A DNA stretch of 64,000 bases from an uncultured delta proteobacterium (GTDB taxonomy: Bacteria; Myxococcota; Myxococcia; SLRQ01), in assembly GCA_963727485.1 (NCBI GenBank), contig CAVSGM010000001.1, positions 320,001-384,000 of the forward strand. The letters run 5' to 3'. Below are positions 9,166 to 17,793 of the stretch, piece by piece. A model generated the notes under the pieces. It ran no database searches. It saw only the letters and a list, made by a program, of their open reading frames with translations, and had not been told where the DNA came from. How positions within the stretch are numbered: position 1 is the first letter of the stretch; each line of letters opens with the position of its first letter. The position numbers and the translations under genes are program-made.

Positions 9166-10682
9166 GCCGTACCTCCCTGGAGGGCCATGGCCCCCGTCCG
9201 GATCCGCGCGGTGGCCCGGGCCCCGAGGGCCCCCGACGCCACCGCCAGGTTCGCCGCCGCCCCGCCGAGGGCGCTCATCACCAGCAGCGGCATCCAGTCC
9301 TGGAGCCCGATGTCGCCGAAGGCCTGGACCTCGAAGGCGATCACCGCCACCACCGCCGCCATCGCCACCACCCGCCGCCCGGGGGTGCGGGCGAAGCGGT
9401 GGGCCCTGACCCCGATGAACAGGAGGATTGGCAGCACCATCCAGATCGCCGAGAACCCCACCAGCCCCCCGGCGGTGAGCAGCCAGAGGACGCTGTTGTG
9501 GGGGAGGAAGCGGTACTGCTTGAAGAACTGCGAGAGGTCGTAGGCGGGGACGAGCTCCTCGTAGGGGTGGCCGAACCCCCGGCCGAAGAGGGGGTGGCCG
9601 TGGAGGGTGTAGACGAGGTTGAGGTCCTCGACCTCCCGCGACTTGCTCGACGAGTCCTGCTGCTCGCCCACCGAGTGGAGGGCCTCCACCGGGGCGAAGA
9701 TCTTGGAGTGGCTCCCCAGCCCCATCACCACGTAGGCGAGGAGCAGGGGGCTCGCGGCCACCCCCACCTTGAGGAAGATCCCACGCAGGGGCCGGCGCAG
9801 GAGGAGGACGAAGGCGAGGAGGGCGTAGATCAGGGCCACGTAGGCCAGGCGCCGGTCGTTGAGGATCATCACCACGCCGATGAACGGCGCCACGGTGACG
9901 AAGGCGAGCGTGCGCAGGAGGTCCCGGTGCTCCATCAGCCCGTGGAGGAGGAGCACCAGCACCAGCACGTAGAGGACCGAGTCGGAGTGGGTGGTGATGT
10001 AGTGGGCCTGGAAGCCCACCGGGCGGCAGTAGCGCAGCCAGTACCAGAGCCCGAGGAGCCCCCGGATCACCGTCACCGCCACCAGGCCCACCACCAGGAC
10101 CCGGCGGACGCCGTCGGTGGAGAAGGCGTGGAGCGCGAGGACGACGAGGACCGGGAGCCAGAGGAGCTGGCGCATCTGCCACAGGGACTGCTGCACGTCG
10201 CCGCCCCGGGCGAGCCCGAAGACCTCCAGGCCCAGCACCGCCAGGAAGCACACCGCCAGGGCCAGGATCAGGGGCCGGAGCGCCGGGTCCAGGGGGGGCA
10301 CCTCGCCCTTGAGCCGCCGGATCACGAGCGCCACCAGCATCAGCAACAGGCCCACCTCGAGGAGCGAGAGGTGGACGGCGCCGAAGCCGAGGGAGGTGTT
10401 GAGGTTGTCGTAGAGGAGCTTGCCCGGGGCGTAGAGGGGCGAGCGCCACCGGCCCTGCATCGGGTTCGACGAGGGGTCCGGGAGGAGCACCGACCCCAGG
10501 ACCACGGCGGTCATCAGCCAGGAGAAGGGCGCCCGGGCGAGGAGCCACACCGCGAGCACCACCAGCGCCGGCGCCAGGGCGAACACCGGCCGGGTGGCCG
10601 CGCCGAGGAAGGCGCTGGCCACCATCACCACCGGGAGCACCAGCCACAGGGTGCGGCGGCGCAGCTTTCGGGTCGGGGTCAC
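9162..10682 (-). CDS. wzy: Wzy polymerase / O-antigen-ligase-like membrane protein
   Basis: Multi-TM protein with TTHSDS, NDRRLA, SSKSREVEDLNL, GRGFGHPY and PHNSVLWLL (Wzy_C-like); GTG start overlaps the PCP stop. Confidence 0.82.
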   Translation of the reverse strand: MTPTRKLRRRTLWLVLPVVMVASAFLGAATRPVFALAPALVVLAVWLLARAPFSWLMTAVVLGSVLLPDPSSNPMQGRWRSPLYAPGKLLYDNLNTSLGFGAVHLSLLEVGLLLMLVALVIRRLKGEVPPLDPALRPLILALAVCFLAVLGLEVFGLARGGDVQQSLWQMRQLLWLPVLVVLALHAFSTDGVRRVLVVGLVAVTVIRGLLGLWYWLRYCRPVGFQAHYITTHSDSVLYVLVLVLLLHGLMEHRDLLRTLAFVTVAPFIGVVMILNDRRLAYVALIYALLAFVLLLRRPLRGIFLKVGVAASPLLLAYVVMGLGSHSKIFAPVEALHSVGEQQDSSSKSREVEDLNLVYTLHGHPLFGRGFGHPYEELVPAYDLSQFFKQYRFLPHNSVLWLLTAGGLVGFSAIWMVLPILLFIGVRAHRFARTPGRRVVAMAAVVAVIAFEVQAFGDIGLQDWMPLLVMSALGGAAANLAVASGALGARATARIRTGAMALQGGTA

Positions 10683-12140
10683 TCGTCCACCCCTCCGAGG
10701 TAGGGGAGGCGCAGCTGCCGCTCGACCTGCCAGGGCAGGAGCAGCCGCTGGCCCAGGACCTCGAGGCCGAGGGCGAAGCCCATGGACACCAGCATCCCCG
10801 CCAGGACCCCCATCACCAGGACCAGCGGGACGTTGGGCTTGTCCGCCTTCTCCGGGAGCTTGGGCCGGCCGATGACGCTGTAGCGGTACTTGAACGCCGC
10901 GTTCGCCACGTCGAGCTCGATGGTGGCCGAGCTGATCCGGCCGAGCAGATCGTCGTAGCTGTCCAGGGCGCGCAGCAGCTGGTTTCTGGCGCTGGCGATG
11001 TCCGGGTCCCGGTTCTCCGAGGGATCCCCCTCGGCGACCTCGTTGCGCGCCAGGTCCACCGCCCGCTGGGCGAGGGTGGTGTCGGTGCGCAGGGTCCCCT
11101 CGGCGCGCTGGGCCGCGTCGTAGCGGGCCTGGAGCTGCGCCGCCTGGGCCCGGAGGTGCTGGAGCTCCGGCGAGGGGGCCTCGAGGGCCAGGATGCTCTG
11201 CTTGAGCGCCACGATGTCCGGGTGGCCCGGGGTGAGCACGGTGCTCTTCTCCCGGAGGGTGGCCCGGAGCTGGGCGAGCCGTCCCTCGCGGGTGGCCTCC
11301 ACCGCGGCGATGGCCTGCCGCTTGGCGGAGAGATCGCTGGCGAGCTGGGTGATCTGGAGGTTCTGGCTCCGGCTCCGGCGCCGCGTCGTCACCGCCGGCT
11401 TCTCGGCCTTCACCTCCTGCTTCTGCCGGCTCTGCCGGAGCTTGCGCAGGGTGACGAGGCCCTGGTCCACGCGGCTCTTCTCCTGGGCGGCGTGGGAGTC
11501 GAGGACCTGGAGGGCGTCGGTGATGCCGCTGACCTCCCGGCTCCGGCGCTGCTCCAGGAACCGGTCGGAGAGGAGCCGGGCGAGGAGCGCGGTGGTCTCC
11601 GGGTCGAACCAGCTCACGTAGATCGGAGATCACGTTGTTCCCCGCCGACACGCCAAGGTGCTCGCGGAGCAGCTTCACCAGCGCGTCCTTGGTCTCCGCC
11701 GGGGTCAGGGGCCCGAGGATCAGGTCGTGGAGCTGGTCCTTGAGGCGGAGGATCGGGGTGCGCGAGGCCTTGAACCGGCGCTCGAGCTGGGCCTCGTCCA
11801 CCACCCACTCCAGGTTCTGCTCGGAGAGGAGCATCGGCGCCGCGGCCCGGGTGGGGTCGTCGCCGTACATGGGGATGGTGCGGTGGGGGTTGGCGAGGGC
11901 CGGCATCTGGTAGTCGGTCATCGCCAGGATCCGGGCCTCGGCGCTGTAGGTCCGGGGCACGGCGAAGAGGAAGCCCACGGTGAGGGCGACGACCCCCAGC
12001 GCCACGCCGAACATCAGTCGGCGGCGGCGCGCGAGGGCGACGCGCACGTAGGCGAGGACGTCTCCCACCTCCCGCAGGCCCAGGGCGGGCTCGGGGGGCG
12101 GCGGGGGGGCGACGGTCTGGAGCTCGGCAGGATGGGGCAT
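10679..12140 (-). CDS. epsV: Polysaccharide co-polymerase (EpsV/Wzc-like, no kinase domain), apparent +1 frameshift at ~11625
   Basis: TM1-PRTYSAEARIL, coiled-coil periplasmic region with TPGHPDIVAL, PKLPEKADKPN-TM2 and QVERQLRLPYLG. Removing one base in GATCGGAGATC (11621-11631) joins NNVIS to IYVSWFDP. Confidence 0.82.
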
Positions 12141-12145
12141 GGCGT

Positions 12146-12547
12146 TCACCGCGCCTCCCGGCGCGGCGCCTCCACGGGCTCGCCGGCCAGCGCCTGCACG
12201 GCGGCGCGGAACTGGCCGGGGGTGAATGGCTTGAGCAGGTAACCGTTGGCCCCGAGCGCGATGGCCAGCGCCCGGTCCTGGGGCATCCACCGGCCGGTGG
12301 TCATCAGGATCGGGGCCTGCGCCCCGTGGGGGTGCCGGCGGACGGCCTCGCACACGTCGAAGCCGGAGATGGTGGGCAGGCCGATGTCCACGCACACCAG
12401 GGCCAGGGGCCCCTCGTCGAGGAGGGTGAGGGCGGTCCGGCCGTCGTCGGTGGCCTCCACCTCGAAGCCCATCCGGGAGAGGAGCACCGTCAACAGCTGG
12501 CGGGCGCTGGCATCGTCTTCGACCACGAGAGCTCTGCGAACAGCCAT
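12146..12547 (-). CDS. epsW: Single-domain response regulator, EpsW-like
   Basis: Receiver motifs VVEDD, VDIGLP, TTG and LLKPF; sits between epsX and the PCP gene as in the M. xanthus eps locus. Confidence 0.85.
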   Translation of the reverse strand: MAVRRALVVEDDASARQLLTVLLSRMGFEVEATDDGRTALTLLDEGPLALVCVDIGLPTISGFDVCEAVRRHPHGAQAPILMTTGRWMPQDRALAIALGANGYLLKPFTPGQFRAAVQALAGEPVEAPRREAR

Positions 12548-12559
12548 GGGAGTCTCACT

Positions 12560-12727
12560 TCAGAGGCGCGGGTAGAGGTAGCGGAGGGCCAGGAGGTAGA
12601 GGGCGGCGACGCCGGCCATGGTCACCACCACCTGGAGCAGGGCGCGGCGGGGGCGCTCGGTCCGGGCGAGGAGCACCGGCACCGCGATGGTCGCCAGGAG
12701 GATCGAGGTGAGGACCAGGGACTTCAT
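12560..12727 (-). CDS. 55-aa two-TM membrane microprotein (not in the ORF track)
   Basis: MKSLVLTSILLATIAVPVLLARTERPRRALLQVVVTMAGVAALYLLALRYLYPRL*. The ATG overlaps the epsX TGA (ATGA), codons are almost all G/C-ending, and it fills the epsX-epsW gap exactly. Confidence 0.8.
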   Translation of the reverse strand: MKSLVLTSILLATIAVPVLLARTERPRRALLQVVVTMAGVAALYLLALRYLYPRL

Positions 12728-13987
12728 GGCGTCCGGCCTCCGCGGGTGGGATCGTCCTTGGCCGAGGTCTCGCCCGGGCGCACCTCACGGCCGGTGCGCG
12801 GATCGAGGGCGCGCTTCTCGGGGGTGGTGCCGAAGAAGGCGCGCAGCCCCACGAACACGTCCCAGCCGCTGCCGTCGAGGCCCGGCCCCCGGTACCGCTG
12901 GGGGAGCTGCTGGTAGTAGAAGCGCAGCCCGGTCTGGAGCTGGACCCCGGTGGTGAGGGTGTAGCTGCCCTGGGCCCCGAGGGACTGGAGGGCGCCGTCG
13001 ATGAGGGGCCCCCGGGCGAGGATCCACACCTGGTCCATGAGGAGGCTGGCGCTGCCCCGACGGGTCAGCTGCAGGGTGGCGGCGGCGTGGATGCCGGCCC
13101 GGGACTCGAGGGAGCCGTCGAGGCGGTTGAGGGCCGGGCCGGTCCACAGCCGCCCCTCGAGGTCGAGGCTGGAGCCGGGCCAGCGGAACCGGTGGCTCGC
13201 CGCCAGCGAGAGGGCCGGGTGGATGAGGAAGGCGTCGGGGCCCAGCGGCAGCCGGGCGTCCCGGGAGACCACCACCCCCGCCGAGGGCGTGAGCCGGGTG
13301 TCCGAGGCCAGGCGCCGCGCCCAGTCGAGGCTGACCCCGGCGAGATCGTAGGCGGGGCCCGTGGAGAACTCGGTGTGCTGCCAGGTGAGGTGGCCGCTGA
13401 CCAGGTCGCGACCGGTGACCGCCTGGCGGAGCGTGAGAATCCGCCCTGGGGCCGTAGCCCAAAGGCAGCACCGCCCGGGCGAGGGTGTCCATGCCCCCGG
13501 AGGCGTCGTAGCCGGCGCTCGCCTCCCAGGTCTGGGTGGGGCTCGCCCGGTAGCGCACGGTGGCCAGCGCGGTGGCGGCGCCGACGGTGATCCGGCTCAC
13601 CTGGGGCACCAGGTCGGGGAGGGCGCCGTCGGGGGTGAGGGAGAAGAGCCAGGTCTCCTGCCCATAGCGGGCCCACCCGGCGGCGAAGACCTCGAAGCGG
13701 GGGCCGAGGCGGGCGGTGTAGGAGAGCCGACCGCTCTGGAGCAGGGTGGGCGCCGGCTGGAGGGCGCCGGAGAGCCAGGCGGCCCGGAGGCGGTAGTCGA
13801 GGACGAGCTGCTGGGTCTCCCCGGTGAGGGCCAGCGCCATCTCGGGGCTGATGGCCAGCTCCATCCCCGCGCCCCCGGGCTGGGCGCTGAAGGCGTCCGG
13901 CGCCCGGGCGTGGGTGTCCACCGAGACCCCGGCCTGGACCTGGGGCACCACCGCGGCGGCGAAGAGGAGGCTCAAGACGAAGGACAT
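12724..13987 (-). CDS. epsX: Outer-membrane beta-barrel polysaccharide porin, EpsX/Wzp-like, apparent +1 frameshift at ~13438
   Basis: Signal peptide and amphipathic beta-strands (LVLDYRL, RLSYTARL, QGSYTLT, WDVFVGLRAFF) directly downstream of a short OPX gene. GAATC->GATC at 13437-13441 joins the two halves. Confidence 0.75.
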
Positions 13988-13989
13988 GG

Positions 13990-14583
13990 CTACTCCACCA
14001 GGACCGTGTCCCGGGGCCGGAGGACGTAGCTGGCGGCCCGGCTCTGGCCCGACACCAGGTCGTCGAAGGTGAAGCGGATGGGCCGCTCCTGGGGGTCGCC
14101 CGGGACCACGAAGATCCGCGTGGGGTCGGCGAAGTTGTTCAGGCCCCCGGCCCGGGAGAGCGCCTGGAGGATCCCGCTGCCCCGCTGGAGGTCGAACATC
14201 CCCGGGGTGACCACCTGGCCCAGCACCCCGATGCGCAGGGGCTCGGCGGCGACCACGCTCACCACCACCTTGGGCTTGAGCACCACCGCGGAGAGCTTGC
14301 CGGTGATGGCGCTGGCGGCGGCCTCCGGGGTCATCCCCGCCACGTGGATGTCGCCGACCAGCGGCAGGGTGATCACCCCGTCGCTGCGGACCTTCATCTC
14401 GCCGGAGAGCGGGGTCTGCTTCCACACCTCGACCTTGAGCTGGTCGCCGGGCGCGATGCGGAAGGCGTGACCGTCGGCCAGGGCCGGGTCGACGCTCTTG
14501 TACCAGACGTAGCTGTCGACGTGCTCGCAGCCGGCGGCGGCGAGGACGAGGAGCAGCGGGAGGAGGAGACGCGGGCGGATCAT
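13990..14583 (-). CDS. epsY: Short OPX polysaccharide export lipoprotein, EpsY/Wza-like
   Basis: Lipobox LAAAGC, PES motif (IAPGDQL..VRSDGVITLPLVGDIHVAGMT) and one SLBB domain (GQVVTPG..ALSRAGG..LRPRDTVLVE); no OM-spanning helix. Confidence 0.9.
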   Translation of the reverse strand: MIRPRLLLPLLLVLAAAGCEHVDSYVWYKSVDPALADGHAFRIAPGDQLKVEVWKQTPLSGEMKVRSDGVITLPLVGDIHVAGMTPEAAASAITGKLSAVVLKPKVVVSVVAAEPLRIGVLGQVVTPGMFDLQRGSGILQALSRAGGLNNFADPTRIFVVPGDPQERPIRFTFDDLVSGQSRAASYVLRPRDTVLVE

Positions 14584-16124
14584 CGGGAGCCTCCCTGGGG
14601 GCGCAGGAGATGGCGGAGGTCGCGGAGGTCGGTGCGGCGGATGGCGCCGAAGGCGAACGCGAAGCCGACGTAGGCGGCGGCGTCGACCAGCAGCCGGAAG
14701 TGGCCCAGCGGCGCCAGGAGGAAGTGGAGGCCCACCACCGCCCCGGCCGCCGCCGCCGAGCGCATCAGCGGTGGGAGGATCGCCGGGACCACCGAGCGCT
14801 TCCCGGCGGCGAGGTGCATCAGCACCACCGCCAGGACCTCGGTGAGAAAGGTGGCCAGCGCCGCCCCGGTGCCGGCGCCCCCGGGGCCCAGGTGCGTGAC
14901 GCCCCAGGGGATGAGCAGGAGGTTGGCCACCGGGTTGAAGGCCAGCGCCGACAGCGAGGTCCAGGCGACCGCCCAGGCCTTGCCCAGCTGGTAGAGGTAG
15001 ACCGAGGAGATGGTGGCGACGTAGGTGAGGACGAAGGTCACGCCGAGCAGCTGCAGGGCGCGCACCGCCGGGAGGAAGTCGGCGCCGAAGAGGACCTGCA
15101 CCGCGAAGTGGGCCCCCAGCGCCAGCATCAGGGCGATGGGCACCGCCACCGCGGTGGTCAGCCGCAGGGTCCCGTGGATGAAGCCCTTGAGGGCCACCTC
15201 GCTCTCCGCGGCGGCCTTGGAGCTCGAGGGGAGGACCACCGCCACGATCAGGGGCAGCATCAAGAGGGTGACCCCGGTGAGGCTCCCGGCGGCGCCGTAC
15301 CAGCCGGCCTCGGTCTCGTTCGCCATGAAGGTGATCATGGTGACGTCGACCTTGTCGTAGACGGTCCGCGCCAGGCCGGCGACGTACCAGGGGAGGCTGG
15401 CGACGATCACCCCGAAGGTGGCCCGGAGGCGCCAGGTGAGCTCGAGGCCCACGTGGCGCTTCGCCAGGCGCACCAGCACCGCGGTCTTCACCCCCTCGCT
15501 GACGATCAGCACCGCCGGGATCACGGTCACCGGGAGCCCCGCCGCCAGGCCCCCGGCGATGCCGCCCCCCCAGATGAGCTTGGTGACCACGCTGAGGCGC
15601 GCGAGCCCCTTCACCTCGCCGACCGCCTGGAGGAGCGCGGCGTAGGTGACGTTGGTGGTGAACAGGATCTGGGCGAAGCCGAAGAGCACCGCCAGGTGCA
15701 GGGCCAGGCCCCGGCGCCCGGTGGCCCAGAGCACCCAGGCCATCAGGGCGACCAGCCCGAAGCCCCCGACCACCCGGATCGCCAGCAGCCCCCCGAAGAA
15801 GTCCGAGGCGTGGGTCGGGCGGGTGGCGACCTCCTTGCGGATGTAGTTGTCGACGCCCAGGGAGATGAGGACGAAGAAGGTCGCGGCGAAGTACTCGGCG
15901 AAGTAGAGGGTGCCGAAGAGGGTGGGGCCCAGGAGCCTCGGCAGGGCGAGGCGGACGACGATGGCCACCGCCCAGGTGCCCAGGAGCGCGCTGCCGAGGA
16001 TCGAGGCGTTCTTCATCGCCCCGGCGGCCGTGCTCTCCACGCCTCCGGCCGCCGGTTGCCCGGCGCCCGGCCGCAGGGGGATGACCTCCGCGGTGTGGGT
16101 CCGCTCCGCCGCTGGCTCGCCCAT
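14580..16124 (-). CDS. wzx: Wzx flippase
   Basis: About 12-14 TM MOP-family pattern: RLLGPTLFG, LGVDNYIRKEVA, VYDKVDVTMI, AGWYGAA, FNPVANLLLIP, GAALAT. Confidence 0.9.
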   Translation of the reverse strand: MGEPAAERTHTAEVIPLRPGAGQPAAGGVESTAAGAMKNASILGSALLGTWAVAIVVRLALPRLLGPTLFGTLYFAEYFAATFFVLISLGVDNYIRKEVATRPTHASDFFGGLLAIRVVGGFGLVALMAWVLWATGRRGLALHLAVLFGFAQILFTTNVTYAALLQAVGEVKGLARLSVVTKLIWGGGIAGGLAAGLPVTVIPAVLIVSEGVKTAVLVRLAKRHVGLELTWRLRATFGVIVASLPWYVAGLARTVYDKVDVTMITFMANETEAGWYGAAGSLTGVTLLMLPLIVAVVLPSSSKAAAESEVALKGFIHGTLRLTTAVAVPIALMLALGAHFAVQVLFGADFLPAVRALQLLGVTFVLTYVATISSVYLYQLGKAWAVAWTSLSALAFNPVANLLLIPWGVTHLGPGGAGTGAALATFLTEVLAVVLMHLAAGKRSVVPAILPPLMRSAAAAGAVVGLHFLLAPLGHFRLLVDAAAYVGFAFAFGAIRRTDLRDLRHLLRPQGGSR

Positions 16125-16127
16125 CGT

Positions 16128-17496
16128 CTAGCTCGCCCCCCGGGCGCTGAACACCGCCGGGATGGTCTTGACCAGGAGCTTGAGGTCCAGCGGCAGGCTC
16201 CAGTGGTCGATGTACTGCATGTCGAGGAGCATCCAGCGGTCGAAGGAGATCTCGTTGCGGCCGCTGACCTGCCAGATGCAGGTGATGCCCGGGCGCACCG
16301 AGAGCCGCCGGCGCTGCCAGGTCTCGTAGAGGTCGACCTCGGTGGGGATGGGCGGCCGGGGGCCGACCAGGCTCATCTCGCCGCGCAGCACGTTGAGGAG
16401 CTGGGGCAGCTCGTCGATGGAGAAGCGGCGGATGAACCGGCCGATGGGCGTGATCCGCGGGTCGTGGCGGATTCTTGAACACCGGCCCGTCCTGCTCGTT
16501 GAGGGCCTCGAGGGCGGCGCGCCTGGCCTCGGCGTCGATCACCATCGAGCGGAACTTCAGCATGTCGAAGGGGCGGCCGTGGAGGCCCACCCGCCGCTGG
16601 CGGTAGAAGATCGGACCGCCGTCGAGCTTGATGAGGGCCGCCACCACGCCGAGCAGCGGCGAGAGCACCAGGAGGGCCACCGCCGAGGCGGTGACGTCGA
16701 GGAGGCGCTTGGCGGCGCGCTGGTAGGGCTTGGCCTCGTCGGGCCAGTAGTGGATGTAGCCGTCGTCGGCGCCGGCGGCCCGGGCGCGTCCGAGGCGGAA
16801 GGTGGGCAGGGGCACGGCGAAGGCCAGGCCCAGCGACTCGCAGATCGAGGCCACCCGGGAGAGGATCTCGGCGTTGGCGCCGGCGTCCTCGGCGACGTAG
16901 ACCTCGTCCACCGGGTTGTCCACCAGCACCTGGCAGAGCCCCGGGAGCTCCCCGAGGACCTGGGGGCCGTCCACGTCGGGGGCGTCGCCGGGGACCCGGA
17001 CGAAGCCCTTGATCCGCACCCGGTCGCCGAGGGCGTCGGCGGTGGCCCGGGCCAGGGCGCCGGTGCCCACGATGATGGCCTCGGCGGCCGGGGCGTCGGC
17101 GCCGTAGCGCGGCCGGAAGATGAACAAGCGCAGGAAGACGATGGGTGCGAAGACCACCGGGACCAACAGCTCCAGGGTGGGCATCGGCGTGCCGTCGGGG
17201 AGCAGGAGCTCGCTGCCGGTGAGCACCACGATGACGCTGGCGACCAGCAGGGAGGTCACCCCCAGGTCCTCGACCCGGGCCCGGAGCCGGGTGGGGTCGT
17301 AGTGCCCGAGGATGAGGCCGAGGAGGAGCCAGAGGCAGGTCACCAGGCCCAGGACCAGGAGGTGACCCTGGAGCCCGAGCGCCAGGCTCCGGCCGTCGGC
17401 GACGAGGAGGCTCCCCGTCCAGATGATGGCCAGATCCGTCGCGAGGTTCACCCTCGCGGTCCGGCCAGGCAGTAGCCGATCCGCAGCCGCGGTCAT
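16128..17496 (-). CDS. epsZ: Initiating polyprenyl-phosphate sugar-phosphotransferase (PHPT), EpsZ-like, apparent +1 frameshift at ~16472
   Basis: N-terminal TMs, [26 protein letters not shown]; after the shift [48 protein letters not shown]->GATC at 16470-16474 restores the frame. Confidence 0.9.
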
Positions 17497-17599
17497 GATG
17501 CCCCCCCGGGCGCTGTGGCGCCGTCATCGGTCCGAAGCAGGACCCGACCCGCGACCTGCGGCCGGGCCGCCCGACAGCGGCAACGCTGGCCTGACGAGG

Positions 17600-17615
17600 A
17601 GCAAGGGCCGTGCCG
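17600..17615 (-). promoter_or_regulatory. sigma54 (-24/-12) promoter of the eps operon
   Basis: Minus strand CGGCACGGCCCTTGCT vs consensus TGGCAC-N5-TTGCW, correct spacing, ~100 nt upstream of the epsZ ATG. Confidence 0.72.
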
Positions 17616-17793
17616 CCGGCCCCCTGGGGGAGCGAAGTCCCCGATTCCCCCACACCGTGTGGGTGTGGGTACGATTGAGCCCCCCGGGGCGGGCGCGGAT
17701 CCGCCCCGGGGGTGCACAACTTGACCCGAGGCCGGATCCTACCGGGCAAACTCTGCTGCGCCCCGCCGGGTCACCGGGACCCCGGCCGCGCGG

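Noticed and set aside
13990..17496. Apparent 1168-aa EpsZ-OPX fusion, and a 1077-aa PCP-Wzy fusion at 9162-12395
   Set aside because: Produced by single-base frameshifts; the middle parts are off-frame nonsense overlapping wzx or the PCP 3' half.
10679..17496. Programmed frameshifting or phase variation of eps genes
   Set aside because: No slippery heptamers, long homopolymers or simple repeats at the sites; GATC-linked error is more parsimonious, pending read-level checks.
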